Made by a program: the position numbers and the translations under genes | Notes under the pieces: generated by a model | What the model was told of the DNA's origin: nothing | The model's database searches: none | Seen by the model: the letters and a program-made list of their open reading frames with translations, nothing else | In this document: positions 26,407 through 35,608 of the stretch, in pieces | Numbering within the stretch: position 1 is the first letter of the stretch | Layout of the letters: each line of letters begins with the position of its first letter | Assembly (NCBI GenBank): GCA_051859245.1 | Contig: JBHYGA010000004.1 | Span: 964,030-1,028,029 of the forward strand | Origin: Gemmatimonadaceae bacterium | Lineage (GTDB): Bacteria; Gemmatimonadota; Gemmatimonadetes; Gemmatimonadales; Gemmatimonadaceae | Direction of reading: 5' to 3' | DNA length: 64,000 nucleotides

Positions 26407-28899
26407 TTACTGATTCATGTTGGTGATGGACTTCTTTGGCTTCACGTGTTTGTCCATCCACGCGACCATTTCATACAGCGTGTGGCCAATGCTCTCGCGG
26501 GCTGAGTAGCCGTGAGACTCAGCAGGAAGCTGTACGTATCGCACGGTCGCGCCGTTCCCCTTGAGGGCCGCGTACATGCGCTCGCTCTGCACAGGAAACG
26601 TGCCTGTGTTGTTGTCGGCCATGCCGTGCACCAACAGAATCGGATCCTTGATCTGATTGGCGTAGGTGAACGGCGACATGGTGGTGTAGATCTCCTGCGC
26701 CTGCCAGTAGGTACGCTCTTCCGCCTGAAAACCAAACGGCGTCAGCGTGCGGTTGTATGCACCACTGCGCGCAATACCGGCGCGGAATAGTCGCGAATGC
26801 GCCAGCAGGTTGGCGGTCATGAACGCACCGTACGAATGGCCACCCACACCAATCCGGTCACGGTCGGCGACGCCGCGTGAGACAATCGCGTCAACGGCAG
26901 CTTCGGCGCTCGCAACCAGCTGCTCACGATACGTGTCGTTCGGTTCCGCCGTGCCTTCACCGATGATCGGCATCGCCGGACCGTCCAGTACTCCGTAACC
27001 TTGCGACAGCAAGAAGAGATGGCTTGAACCAGAGGGTCGCACAAAACGATTGGGTGAGCCCTGCACCTGCGCGGCTGCGGCAGCGGAGCGGAATTCCTGC
27101 GGATAAGCCCAGAGGAAGAACGGCAGCGCCCCGTCACGTTCCTTGTTGTAACCCGCTGGCAAATACAGCGTGGCGGAGAGTTGCACGCCGTCTTTGCGCT
27201 TGTAGGTAATCAACTCCGATGTCACGCCCGCGAACGCCGGTGCGGGATCGGCGAAGAAGGTCAGCTGCCGAGGCGCCATGCGCGCCCGCGTTTCGCGCAG
27301 CCAATAGTTCGGGACTTCGGTTTTGCTTTCGCGACGCGTGAGCAGCCGGTCACCATTGTCGTTCAGCAGCGCAACGGCACTTTCGTACACCGTATTCGAG
27401 GACTGAAACAGTCGCAGCGTTTTGCCTGTCGCGATGTCGTAGCGGTCCACAAACGGGCGATCACCTTCATCTGAGGCGCCATTGCCTTGCAAGAAGGCGT
27501 AGCGGCCATCGGGTGTGGTCTTCAGAACGGATTGTCCGCTGGCATTGGTGGTCGTCACGAAAGCACCTGGATCCTGATAACGATCTTCGGTACTGCGTTC
27601 CCAGAGCAGCCGCGGTGCGGCGGCGGGATTTGACGGATTCACCGCCCAATAGCGTTCCGTACGCGTGCGCTGCCAGCCTTCGCGAACAAACGCGAGGTCA
27701 GGGCGCGCCCAAATCACCGTGGTCGCGCGCCACCCGACCGACGCCAACGCTGTGGCCGAACCGGTGAACGGCGCCGGCAACATCATGACACGATCACGAA
27801 TGCCGTTCACCGCGATCGTATCTGTGCGCAACGCTTCGGACCACACCAGCGTCGCGTCGCTATCGGACCGCCAGCGAATGGCGCGTGGCCCTTCGGCCAC
27901 GACGTCACCGCCCCAGGGTACGCTCTCGCGCAGCGGGAGTGCATGCACGCGTTTCACTTCGCGGCCATTCATATCCCACACGGCCGTGACGGTGGGGAAA
28001 AAGTTGAGCGGCACCACGTAGGAGAACGGACGCGACATGGTGGTCACCAACAGGAACCGCGCGTCGGGACTTGGGCTGACACCGGCGTGAATTCCCGCCG
28101 CGCCGATTTCCGTGATCGTGCCATCAAGCGCGACGCGCGCCAACTGACTGGTGGCGTAGTGCTGAAACACCGCTTCGTCATACGGTGATTTGAGCAAATC
28201 CTGATAGGTGGCCACGCGATCCTCAGAGCCGCCACCCGTTTCCTGCACGATCGGACCGTCAGGCGTGGTTGGTGCCTGCGGCGCGTTACCTCGTCCCGCC
28301 GGAACAAAGCGACACACGAGCGCCGGCTCCGCACTGAGCCAGGTACACGGTGCGCCGAGTACGGCGTTGAGCGGACGCGTGCTCAGCTGGCGCGCGGTGG
28401 TGGCGGGATGCGCCACCACAAACGGATAGATGCCCGTCTCCGTGGTCACGGTAAAAAACGTGTGTTCGCCAGACGGTGACCAGCTCACATTGCTGATCGG
28501 CCCACCGGTCGTATCGGTGCCTGCGGGCCACGGTACACTGATGCGACGCGCTTCTCCGCCTGTGATTGGCATGATGGAGAGTGCGCGCATGCCCGAGCCG
28601 CGCGACGGTCCGTTGGATCGCGGATCAAAGCGCAAACCCGCGAGTTTGAACTCGGGCGCCGCAACTTCGGCAATCGACGGATAGCCCGCCCGCTCGGAGA
28701 GCAGCAATCGGGTGCGCGAAGGGCTCGGGCTTACCAGCGGCGTGAGCGGAGCGTCGAGCACGCTCGCGATGGCCGGTGGCGGCTGTTGGTACCCGCTCTG
28801 CGCGGCGGCCACAGTGCTCAGAGCAGCCACGGCGAGTGTTGCGCGCGTGGTGGACGAGAAAAGCGCTCGATGGGCGAGCGAGGGCAGCGACCGTAGCAT
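26407..28899 (-). CDS. Exported S9 (prolyl oligopeptidase family) serine peptidase
   Basis: GGHSYG nucleophile, HGMADNN, ESHGY, N-terminal propeller region and signal peptide. ATG 28899 preferred. Confidence 0.9.
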   Translation of the reverse strand: MLRSLPSLAHRALFSSTTRATLAVAALSTVAAAQSGYQQPPPAIASVLDAPLTPLVSPSPSRTRLLLSERAGYPSIAEVAAPEFKLAGLRFDPRSNGPSRGSGMRALSIMPITGGEARRISVPWPAGTDTTGGPISNVSWSPSGEHTFFTVTTETGIYPFVVAHPATTARQLSTRPLNAVLGAPCTWLSAEPALVCRFVPAGRGNAPQAPTTPDGPIVQETGGGSEDRVATYQDLLKSPYDEAVFQHYATSQLARVALDGTITEIGAAGIHAGVSPSPDARFLLVTTMSRPFSYVVPLNFFPTVTAVWDMNGREVKRVHALPLRESVPWGGDVVAEGPRAIRWRSDSDATLVWSEALRTDTIAVNGIRDRVMMLPAPFTGSATALASVGWRATTVIWARPDLAFVREGWQRTRTERYWAVNPSNPAAAPRLLWERSTEDRYQDPGAFVTTTNASGQSVLKTTPDGRYAFLQGNGASDEGDRPFVDRYDIATGKTLRLFQSSNTVYESAVALLNDNGDRLLTRRESKTEVPNYWLRETRARMAPRQLTFFADPAPAFAGVTSELITYKRKDGVQLSATLYLPAGYNKERDGALPFFLWAYPQEFRSAAAAAQVQGSPNRFVRPSGSSHLFLLSQGYGVLDGPAMPIIGEGTAEPNDTYREQLVASAEAAVDAIVSRGVADRDRIGVGGHSYGAFMTANLLAHSRLFRAGIARSGAYNRTLTPFGFQAEERTYWQAQEIYTTMSPFTYANQIKDPILLVHGMADNNTGTFPVQSERMYAALKGNGATVRYVQLPAESHGYSARESIGHTLYEMVAWMDKHVKPKKSITNMNQ

Positions 28900-28996
28900 G
28901 TGAGGGGCTCCAGAGGTGGGGGCAGCAGGTCTACCCATGAAGCCTACAGCATCTCGACGCCGACGTCACGCCCGTGAGAGTGATTATCTTCAAGGG

Positions 28997-30628
28997 ATGT
29001 CCCAAAGTCAGCCCGAAGCCACGATCTCCGAACACAGCCCGTACGCGGCGCTCCATCCCGAAATTGCGCGACGACGCACGTTCGCGATCATCTCGCACCC
29101 CGACGCCGGCAAGACCACACTTACCGAGAAGCTGCTGCTCTACGGTGGTGCGCTGCACATGGCCGGCACGGTCAAGGCACGTCGCGCGGAGCGGCACGCC
29201 ACGTCCGATTGGCTGGCCATGGAAAAGGAGCGTGGCATCTCGGTGACGACCTCCGTGATGCAGTTCGACTACCACGGTTTTCGCGTGAACCTGCTCGACA
29301 CCCCGGGTCACGAAGATTTCTCGGAAGACACGTACCGCACGCTGGTCGCCGCAGACTGCGCGATCATGCTGGTGGACAATCGCAAGGGCGTGGAAGAGCG
29401 CACCCGTCAGCTCTACGCGGTGTGTCGTCGTCGCCGCTTGCCGATCTTTGCGTTCGTGAACAAGTGTGACCGCGTAGGCCGCGATCCGCTCGAACTGCTC
29501 GGCCTGCTCGAAGAAGAGCTTGGGTTACCCGTGGCGGCCGCGATGTGGCCGGTCATGGAAAACGATACGCTGCAAGGCGTGGTGGACCGGCGACGGAAGA
29601 TCGTGCACTGGTTCCAACGCGGCGGTGACCATGGTGCGTCACGTGTGGCGGTGGAAACGAGTCCGCTGTCGCGTGAAGACATTGCCAAACACACCAGCCA
29701 GAGTGTGTCGGATCGCACATTCGACGAGCTCACGTTGCTCGAAGAAGCGGGCAATCAGCTGGACGACGCAAAGATCACCTCGGGCGAACTGATTCCGCTC
29801 TATTTCGGCAGCGCACTCACGAACTTTGGTATTGAGCCGTTTCTCGACGATTTCCTGCGACTCGCGCCCGTCCCCGCGCCGCGTTCTGTGAACAATGGCA
29901 TGGTGTATCCGGGCGACGATGCGTTCACCGGTTTCGTGTTCAAGATTCAGGCGAACATGGATCCGAAGCACCGCGATCGCATTGCGTTTGTGCGTGTGTG
30001 TTCAGGACACTTTGAAGCGGGTTTGCAGGTCACGCTTGGGCGCACGAATAAAATGCTGCGACTCAATCTACCGCAGTCATTTCTGGCGCAGGAACGCATT
30101 CACGTGGAAGACGCGTGGGCCGGTGATGTGATTGGTGTGCACGACCGCGGCAACTTGCGCATTGGTGATGCGCTGTTCACGGGCAAACCGGTCGTCTTTG
30201 ACGACATTCCGCGTTTTCCGCCCGAACATTTTTCGCGCATCAGCGTGAAGGATCCGCTGCGTCGCCCGCATCTCGACACGGGGCTGCGTCAGCTCGCCGA
30301 AGAAGGCGCGGTGCAGCTCTTTCGTGGTGATCCGCAGGCGAGCGTGCCCGACATTGTCGGCGCCGTTGGACAGCTGCAGTTCGATGTATTGCTGCATCGG
30401 CTGGAGCATGAATACGGAGTGCCCGCGAAGCTTGTGAGCCTTGGCATGTCGCACGCGCGGTGGATCAGTGGTACGCCCGCGGCGATTCAGAAGGCGACGT
30501 CGATGCGTGATCGCATGGTGCTGTACGATGCGAAGGGGCAGATCGTGCTGCTGTTTGCGAATCAGTTTGCGATGCGGTGGGCGGAGCGGGAGAGTGATGG
30601 GCTGGTGATGCGGGAGTTCCCGGACTGA
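28997..30628 (+). CDS. prfC: Peptide chain release factor 3
   Basis: RRRTFAIISHPDAGKTTLTEKLLL, EKERGISV, DTPGH, FKIQANMDPKHRDR, GAVGQLQF. ATG 28997 preferred. Confidence 0.96.
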   Translation: MSQSQPEATISEHSPYAALHPEIARRRTFAIISHPDAGKTTLTEKLLLYGGALHMAGTVKARRAERHATSDWLAMEKERGISVTTSVMQFDYHGFRVNLLDTPGHEDFSEDTYRTLVAADCAIMLVDNRKGVEERTRQLYAVCRRRRLPIFAFVNKCDRVGRDPLELLGLLEEELGLPVAAAMWPVMENDTLQGVVDRRRKIVHWFQRGGDHGASRVAVETSPLSREDIAKHTSQSVSDRTFDELTLLEEAGNQLDDAKITSGELIPLYFGSALTNFGIEPFLDDFLRLAPVPAPRSVNNGMVYPGDDAFTGFVFKIQANMDPKHRDRIAFVRVCSGHFEAGLQVTLGRTNKMLRLNLPQSFLAQERIHVEDAWAGDVIGVHDRGNLRIGDALFTGKPVVFDDIPRFPPEHFSRISVKDPLRRPHLDTGLRQLAEEGAVQLFRGDPQASVPDIVGAVGQLQFDVLLHRLEHEYGVPAKLVSLGMSHARWISGTPAAIQKATSMRDRMVLYDAKGQIVLLFANQFAMRWAERESDGLVMREFPD

Positions 30629-30659
30629 GGTGCGAGCGTCATCTGATGCCGAGATTGGG

Positions 30660-30807
30660 AACTGCCTTGAACGCAGAGACGCAGAGGCGCGGAGACTGCA
30701 CGCTGCGACGGACGGCGTTGCTCGATGCGGACATCATCAAATTTTTGAAAGAGTATGACGTCGCGTGATGCAGCGAGCAATCTCTGCGTCTCTGCGTTAA
30801 TGCAGTT
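30660..30807. repeat. Long-loop inverted-repeat element (family B)
   Basis: AACTGC-CTTG-AACGCAGAGACGCAGAG (30660-30686) pairs with CTCTGCGTCTCTGCGTT-AAT-GCAGTT (30782-30807). Lies between convergent genes. Confidence 0.7.
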
Positions 30808-30861
30808 TACGACGCGAGCCCCGCGCCGCCGAGCGCCTCAACGAACGAGCGTCGCGCGTCT

Positions 30862-31884
30862 TCACTGCGCGACACGAATCGCCACTTTCCCGACGACATC
30901 GTTCCCGCCGAGCATCGCGTGCGCCTCTGCGATCTCGACTAAGGTATACGAGCGCTCGATCACCGGCTTCACCCGCCCGTCGGCGAGCAACGGCACAATC
31001 TCCTTCGAGAACGCCTGCGTAAATGCCACACGCTCCGTGATCTCGCGTGCGCGGAGCACGGTGCCGCGTATCGAGAGCCGGCGCGCGAGCACGCGACTGA
31101 GATCAACCGATGTTTCGCGTCCCGCGAGCAGTCCGATCAGAATGAGACGCCCACGCGGTGCGAGGGCGCGCACGCCTTCACCCACGTACGCGCCGCCCAC
31201 GAGATCAAGGATCACGTCAACACCACGACCCTTCGTGTGCTCCATGATCTGCGCGGCGAACTGCGGCAGTTTTGCGTCGCTGATGGCGGGAACCACTCCA
31301 GCCTCGAGCCCCCACGCGCGCGCAGCGTCAAGTTTGCGTTCGGAGCGCGCGGTGCCATACGGAATGCCGCCAAGTGCGCGCACGATTTGTACGGCGGCCA
31401 GACCAACGCCACTGCCAACGGCGTGAATCAGGACTGATTCCCCTTCGACGAAGCCTGCCTGCCGCAGCGCGTCGTGGGCTGTGATGCAGGCCTCAGGCAG
31501 CGCGCCGGCGTCGTCGTCCGAGAGTGAATCCGGAACGCGGGCGATGGTGTGCGCATGTGTGACGAGATACTCCGCGTGCGCGCCACCGGGCACGAGTCCG
31601 AACACCCGCTCGCCAACACGCCAGTTGGTCACGCCCGCACCGAGCGCGACGACTTCGCCCGCGAACTCGAGCCCCGGAATGTCGGGCGGCGCACCGGGCG
31701 GCGCCGGGTAGTGACCGGCGCGCTGCACCAGATCCGCCCGGTTCAGCGCTGAGCTGATCACGCGGACGAGTACGTGGTTGTCGGTGAGTGCGGGGAGTGG
31801 CCGCATCTCGACGGAGAGCACGTCTGGACCACCGGGTTTGGTGATCACCGCCGCGCGCATTGAGGAGGGCAGGGATAAGGACAT
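30862..31884 (-). CDS. NAD(P)H-quinone oxidoreductase (zeta-crystallin/PIG3-like MDR family)
   Basis: LNRADLVQRAGHYP, PGLEFAG, IHAVGSGVG, GKVAI. Start near ATG 31884 or 31860 rather than 32055. Confidence 0.92.
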   Translation of the reverse strand: MSLSLPSSMRAAVITKPGGPDVLSVEMRPLPALTDNHVLVRVISSALNRADLVQRAGHYPAPPGAPPDIPGLEFAGEVVALGAGVTNWRVGERVFGLVPGGAHAEYLVTHAHTIARVPDSLSDDDAGALPEACITAHDALRQAGFVEGESVLIHAVGSGVGLAAVQIVRALGGIPYGTARSERKLDAARAWGLEAGVVPAISDAKLPQFAAQIMEHTKGRGVDVILDLVGGAYVGEGVRALAPRGRLILIGLLAGRETSVDLSRVLARRLSIRGTVLRAREITERVAFTQAFSKEIVPLLADGRVKPVIERSYTLVEIAEAHAMLGGNDVVGKVAIRVAQ

Positions 31885-31933
31885 GATGGAAGATCGCACG
31901 GACGCGGGAGTTTGGGGTGCGGCGACATGCAGT

Positions 31934-31979
31934 CTGATTCGGTCATTCGGCCCGCTACTGGGCCGAATGACCGAATCAG
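31934..31979. repeat. Perfect 20-bp-arm hairpin
   Basis: CTGATTCGGTCATTCGGCCC-GCTACT-GGGCCGAATGACCGAATCAG in the divergent intergenic region. Confidence 0.85.
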
Positions 31980-32031
31980 GAACTGCAACACCGGGCGTAC
32001 GGTCGCAATCACAGGCGGCGACCTCAGCTGT

Positions 32032-32075
32032 ATGCAAGTTGTTACTTGCATGCAAGCATGTGCTTGCATTAGACT
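32032..32075 (+). promoter_or_regulatory. Tandem TetR operator candidates overlapping a promoter
   Basis: ATGCAAGT-TGTT-ACTTGCAT (32032-32051) and ATGCAAGC-ATGT-GCTTGCAT (32050-32069). TTGCAT-N18-TAGACT ends 6 nt before ATG 32082. Confidence 0.75.
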
Positions 32076-32081
32076 CCCACC

Positions 32082-32762
32082 ATGCAAGGAAACCGAGACC
32101 GAATCATTGAGGCGGCGGCCCGCATCTATGCCCAGCATGGATACCGGGGCGCCACCACGCGACGGATTGCCGATGAAGCGGGGGTCAACGAGATCACCGT
32201 CTTTCGGCACTTCGGCAGCAAAAGTGCCCTGCTCGATTCCGTGGTCCAGGAGTGCGGTATTGCCGATAAGGTGCCGCCGCTTCCCAGCAAGCCCGTGGAT
32301 CCGCAAGCGGAACTCACCGCCTGGATTCAGGCCCGAATGGATCACACGCGGGCAATTCGACTGTTGATCCTGCAAACCATGAGTGAGTTGCAGGAGCGGC
32401 CGGATATGGGGCCCTGCGTCGGGCACGGACCGGTCGATGCAGCCAACCAGCTGCGCGACTATGTGGTGCGGCTCCGTCGGCACGGGCTGCTTGATACCCG
32501 TCCAGGCATGGGGCTCAAGCCGCTCGAGGTCAATGCCGCGGTTGCCATGCTCATGAACGCCTACTTCGGAGACGCCATGAGCCGTCAGATGATGCCCGAC
32601 ATGTTTCCGTCACCACCAGAAAAGGCAGCGGCTGCCTACGTCCGAGTCTTTTTGCGCGCCATCGGATTTCGTACCCATGAAAATGGGACATCCGACCCGT
32701 CTCCCGATGAAGCATCCACGCGTACCGTACGACACGGCGCATCAGCTTCATCATCTCTCTGA
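32082..32762 (+). CDS. TetR/AcrR family regulator
   Basis: RDRIIEAAARIYAQHGYRGATTRRIADEAGVNEITVFRHFGSKSALL HTH. Confidence 0.93.
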   Translation: MQGNRDRIIEAAARIYAQHGYRGATTRRIADEAGVNEITVFRHFGSKSALLDSVVQECGIADKVPPLPSKPVDPQAELTAWIQARMDHTRAIRLLILQTMSELQERPDMGPCVGHGPVDAANQLRDYVVRLRRHGLLDTRPGMGLKPLEVNAAVAMLMNAYFGDAMSRQMMPDMFPSPPEKAAAAYVRVFLRAIGFRTHENGTSDPSPDEASTRTVRHGASASSSL

Positions 32763-32771
32763 GTTCCCTTT

Positions 32772-34373
32772 ATGTCTTTTCGTATGCGTATCTCGCCCGC
32801 CTGGCTCGGCGCGATCATACTGATGGTTTCGCAGAATGCAGACGCACAGTCTGCGGCCCCACGATCGCTGTCGATCGAAGAAGCGCTCGCGCTCGCCAGT
32901 GGCAGCAGTGAAACACTCGGGCTCGCGCGCGCCGGCATCACCCGCTCGCGCGGCCAGCAGTTTCAGGCGCGTTCGCAGATTCTGCCGCAGGTCACCACAT
33001 CACTGAACTATCAGAAGCAGCTGCAGAACCAGTTCGAAGCCATCACGCGACGCTTCTCCAGCGGCGACAATGGCGGCGGCAGTGATTCAAGCGGCGGCGG
33101 TGACCTGGCCGACAATCCGATCACCAGAATTTTTGCCTCGCCATACACCACGACGTTCACGCTACAGGCGTCGCAGCCATTGTTCACAGGCGGACGGGCG
33201 CGCGCGAATATCGAGGCGGCACGGCTCGGACGGTCATCCTCGGAGCTCGGCCTCACCAGCGCGGAAGCGCAAGTGAAGCTCGACATCACGCAGTCGTATT
33301 ACGACGCAGTGCTCGCCGAACGCCTCGTGGCGATCGCGGAATCGTCGCTCGTGCAGTCGGAGCGCACACTGCGACAGGTGCAACTCACGTTCAACGTGGG
33401 TAACACCTCTGAGTTTGAACTGATTCGCGCGCGTGTCACACGCGACAATCAGCGGCCGCAGTATCTGCAAACGCGTACGCAGCGTGATCTCGCACACCTG
33501 CGACTCAAGCAGTTGCTCGACTTGCCGCTCGATCAGCCACTCACGCTCACTAGTCCCATTCAGGAAGCACCAGAGCGTGCCGTTACGGCAGCGGCGGAGC
33601 CCACGTCACTCAATGTGTCGCGCGATGACGTGATCGGTACCGATCCGCGCATTCGCGAAGCGGTGAACACGGTGCTGCAGAGCGTGGACACCAGCGTCAG
33701 TGTGCGACTGCCCGTGAAACAGGCCGAGCTCGGTGTGAACGTGGCGCAGCAACAGCTCAAGTCAACAAAGGCGCAGCGCTGGCCGCAGCTTTCGCTGAGC
33801 ACGAACTACCAGCGCTTCGCGTATCCGGACGACGGAGTTCCGCGTTCACTCGCGGACTTCTTTCCGAACTGGTCAGTGAGTCTTGGTGCTTCTGTTCCGC
33901 TCTTCACGGGCGGTCGTGTGAAGGGCGAGATCATGGCGGCGGAGGCTGGCGTGGAAGAAGCCCGCATTCGTTTGCAGCAAACGCGTGAAGCGGCGCTCTT
34001 CGATGCGCAGCAGAGTGTCATGCAGTTGGAGCAGGCGCAGGCGGCCTGGCAGGCAAGTGTTGGTACTGCTGACCAGGCACAACGCGGTTACGACATTGCC
34101 GAGGTGCGCTATCGCGAAGGCATCTCAACGCAGGTGGAACTGTCTGAAACACGCGTGCAGTTACAGCAGGCACTCGCGAATCGCGCGCAGGCCGCACGCG
34201 ATCTGCAAGTAGCTCGTGTTCGTCTCTCGTTGTTGCGCGATTTGCCCTTGTCACAAGCGGGTGCCACCAGCATGCCGCAGCAGTCCACTACTCCATCACG
34301 TCAGTCCCAGCCCGCCGGCGCCGCCGGTGGTTCCACCCAGCCCGGCACGCCGAGCGGAGGCTTTTTCCAATGA
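32772..34373 (+). CDS. TolC family outer membrane efflux protein
   Basis: Signal peptide, OEP repeats (FNVGNTSEFELIRARV; YREGISTQVELSETR). Confidence 0.9.
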   Translation: MSFRMRISPAWLGAIILMVSQNADAQSAAPRSLSIEEALALASGSSETLGLARAGITRSRGQQFQARSQILPQVTTSLNYQKQLQNQFEAITRRFSSGDNGGGSDSSGGGDLADNPITRIFASPYTTTFTLQASQPLFTGGRARANIEAARLGRSSSELGLTSAEAQVKLDITQSYYDAVLAERLVAIAESSLVQSERTLRQVQLTFNVGNTSEFELIRARVTRDNQRPQYLQTRTQRDLAHLRLKQLLDLPLDQPLTLTSPIQEAPERAVTAAAEPTSLNVSRDDVIGTDPRIREAVNTVLQSVDTSVSVRLPVKQAELGVNVAQQQLKSTKAQRWPQLSLSTNYQRFAYPDDGVPRSLADFFPNWSVSLGASVPLFTGGRVKGEIMAAEAGVEEARIRLQQTREAALFDAQQSVMQLEQAQAAWQASVGTADQAQRGYDIAEVRYREGISTQVELSETRVQLQQALANRAQAARDLQVARVRLSLLRDLPLSQAGATSMPQQSTTPSRQSQPAGAAGGSTQPGTPSGGFFQ

Positions 34374-35560
34374 GTACGCGTACTCGGCGCGTTGTGGCGC
34401 CGCTTCAGAGTGCAGTGGGTGTGTTGTTGTTGGGTGCGTTGGCTGCGTGCGGCGGTTCAGATGCGGCACCGGTTGATACGGCGCCCATCACGCAGCAGAT
34501 CGGCAGCGAGAACGTGATTGTCGCAGCCTCGGACAATATCGTGGGCGGTCCGCTGCTCACCGGTGCGCTGGTGCCGTCGCGCGAAGCACGCATTCGTGCG
34601 GAACTTGCTGGTCGTGTGTTGAGCACCGCGGTTGAAGCGGGCCAGCGCGTTTCCGCCGGCACCATACTCGCGCGCATTGACGACGCGTCACTCAGTGACG
34701 ACGCCATGTCGGCGCGTTCAGGACTCACGACAGCCGAACTCACGTACACGCAGGCTGAACGTGAACTGGAACGCGCCCGCACACTTGCCAAAGCGGGTGC
34801 GATTGCGGTGCGCGATGTCGAAAGCGCTGAGCGCGCAGCACTGCAGGCCAAGGCGGGACTCGATGACGCCAAGGCGCGTGTTGCCGCTCGTGCGAAAGCA
34901 CTCGGCAACACCGTATTGCGCGCGCCGTTCGCCGGTGTCGTCAGCGAACGGTCGGTAAACGCGGGTGATATTGTCACGCCTGGTGCAGCGATGTTCACGA
35001 TTGTGGATCCGTCGAGTCTGCGTCTTGAAGGTTCGGTGCCGGCCGAAGCAGCGGGTCGTGTTGCCGTTGGAGCGAAGGTCGATTTTGCGCTGAATGGCTA
35101 TCCTGATCGTGTGTTTGCTGGTCGTGTGTCGCAGGTGAATCCGGTGGCCGATCCGGTGACGCGTCAGGTACGCATTATCGCCACGCTCCCGAATCTGACT
35201 GGCACACTCGTTGGCGGATTGTTCGCCGAAGGTCGTGTTGCCACCGAAACGCACGACGGCGTCGTGGTTCCTGAATCCGCGATCGACCAGCGCGGTGTGA
35301 ATCCGTTTGCGGTACGCCTTCGCAACGGTCAGGTTGAGCGCGTTGACGTCACACTCGGCGTCCGCGATGCGGCCAACGAGCGTCTGGAGATTCTTACCGG
35401 CGTGAGCGTTGGCGACACACTCCTGCTTGGCGCTGCGCGTGCGATTTCTGTTGGTACGCCAGTGAAAGTGAGCGAGCCGAGCGATGCCACGCGCGCGCCG
35501 GCAACGCCAGCGGCACCCACGGCCACGACGCCGGCACCAGCCGACTCGTCCACTCGTTGA
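34370..35560 (+). CDS. RND efflux periplasmic adaptor (MFP)
   Basis: Lipobox LAAC, LRAPFAGVV lipoyl motif, coiled hairpin. Confidence 0.92.
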   Translation: MSTRTRRVVAPLQSAVGVLLLGALAACGGSDAAPVDTAPITQQIGSENVIVAASDNIVGGPLLTGALVPSREARIRAELAGRVLSTAVEAGQRVSAGTILARIDDASLSDDAMSARSGLTTAELTYTQAERELERARTLAKAGAIAVRDVESAERAALQAKAGLDDAKARVAARAKALGNTVLRAPFAGVVSERSVNAGDIVTPGAAMFTIVDPSSLRLEGSVPAEAAGRVAVGAKVDFALNGYPDRVFAGRVSQVNPVADPVTRQVRIIATLPNLTGTLVGGLFAEGRVATETHDGVVVPESAIDQRGVNPFAVRLRNGQVERVDVTLGVRDAANERLEILTGVSVGDTLLLGAARAISVGTPVKVSEPSDATRAPATPAAPTATTPAPADSSTR

Positions 35561-35608
35561 TTATCGGCTTCGCGCCGCACCGTACAATCGCCTCGAGGCA
35601 CCGGATCG

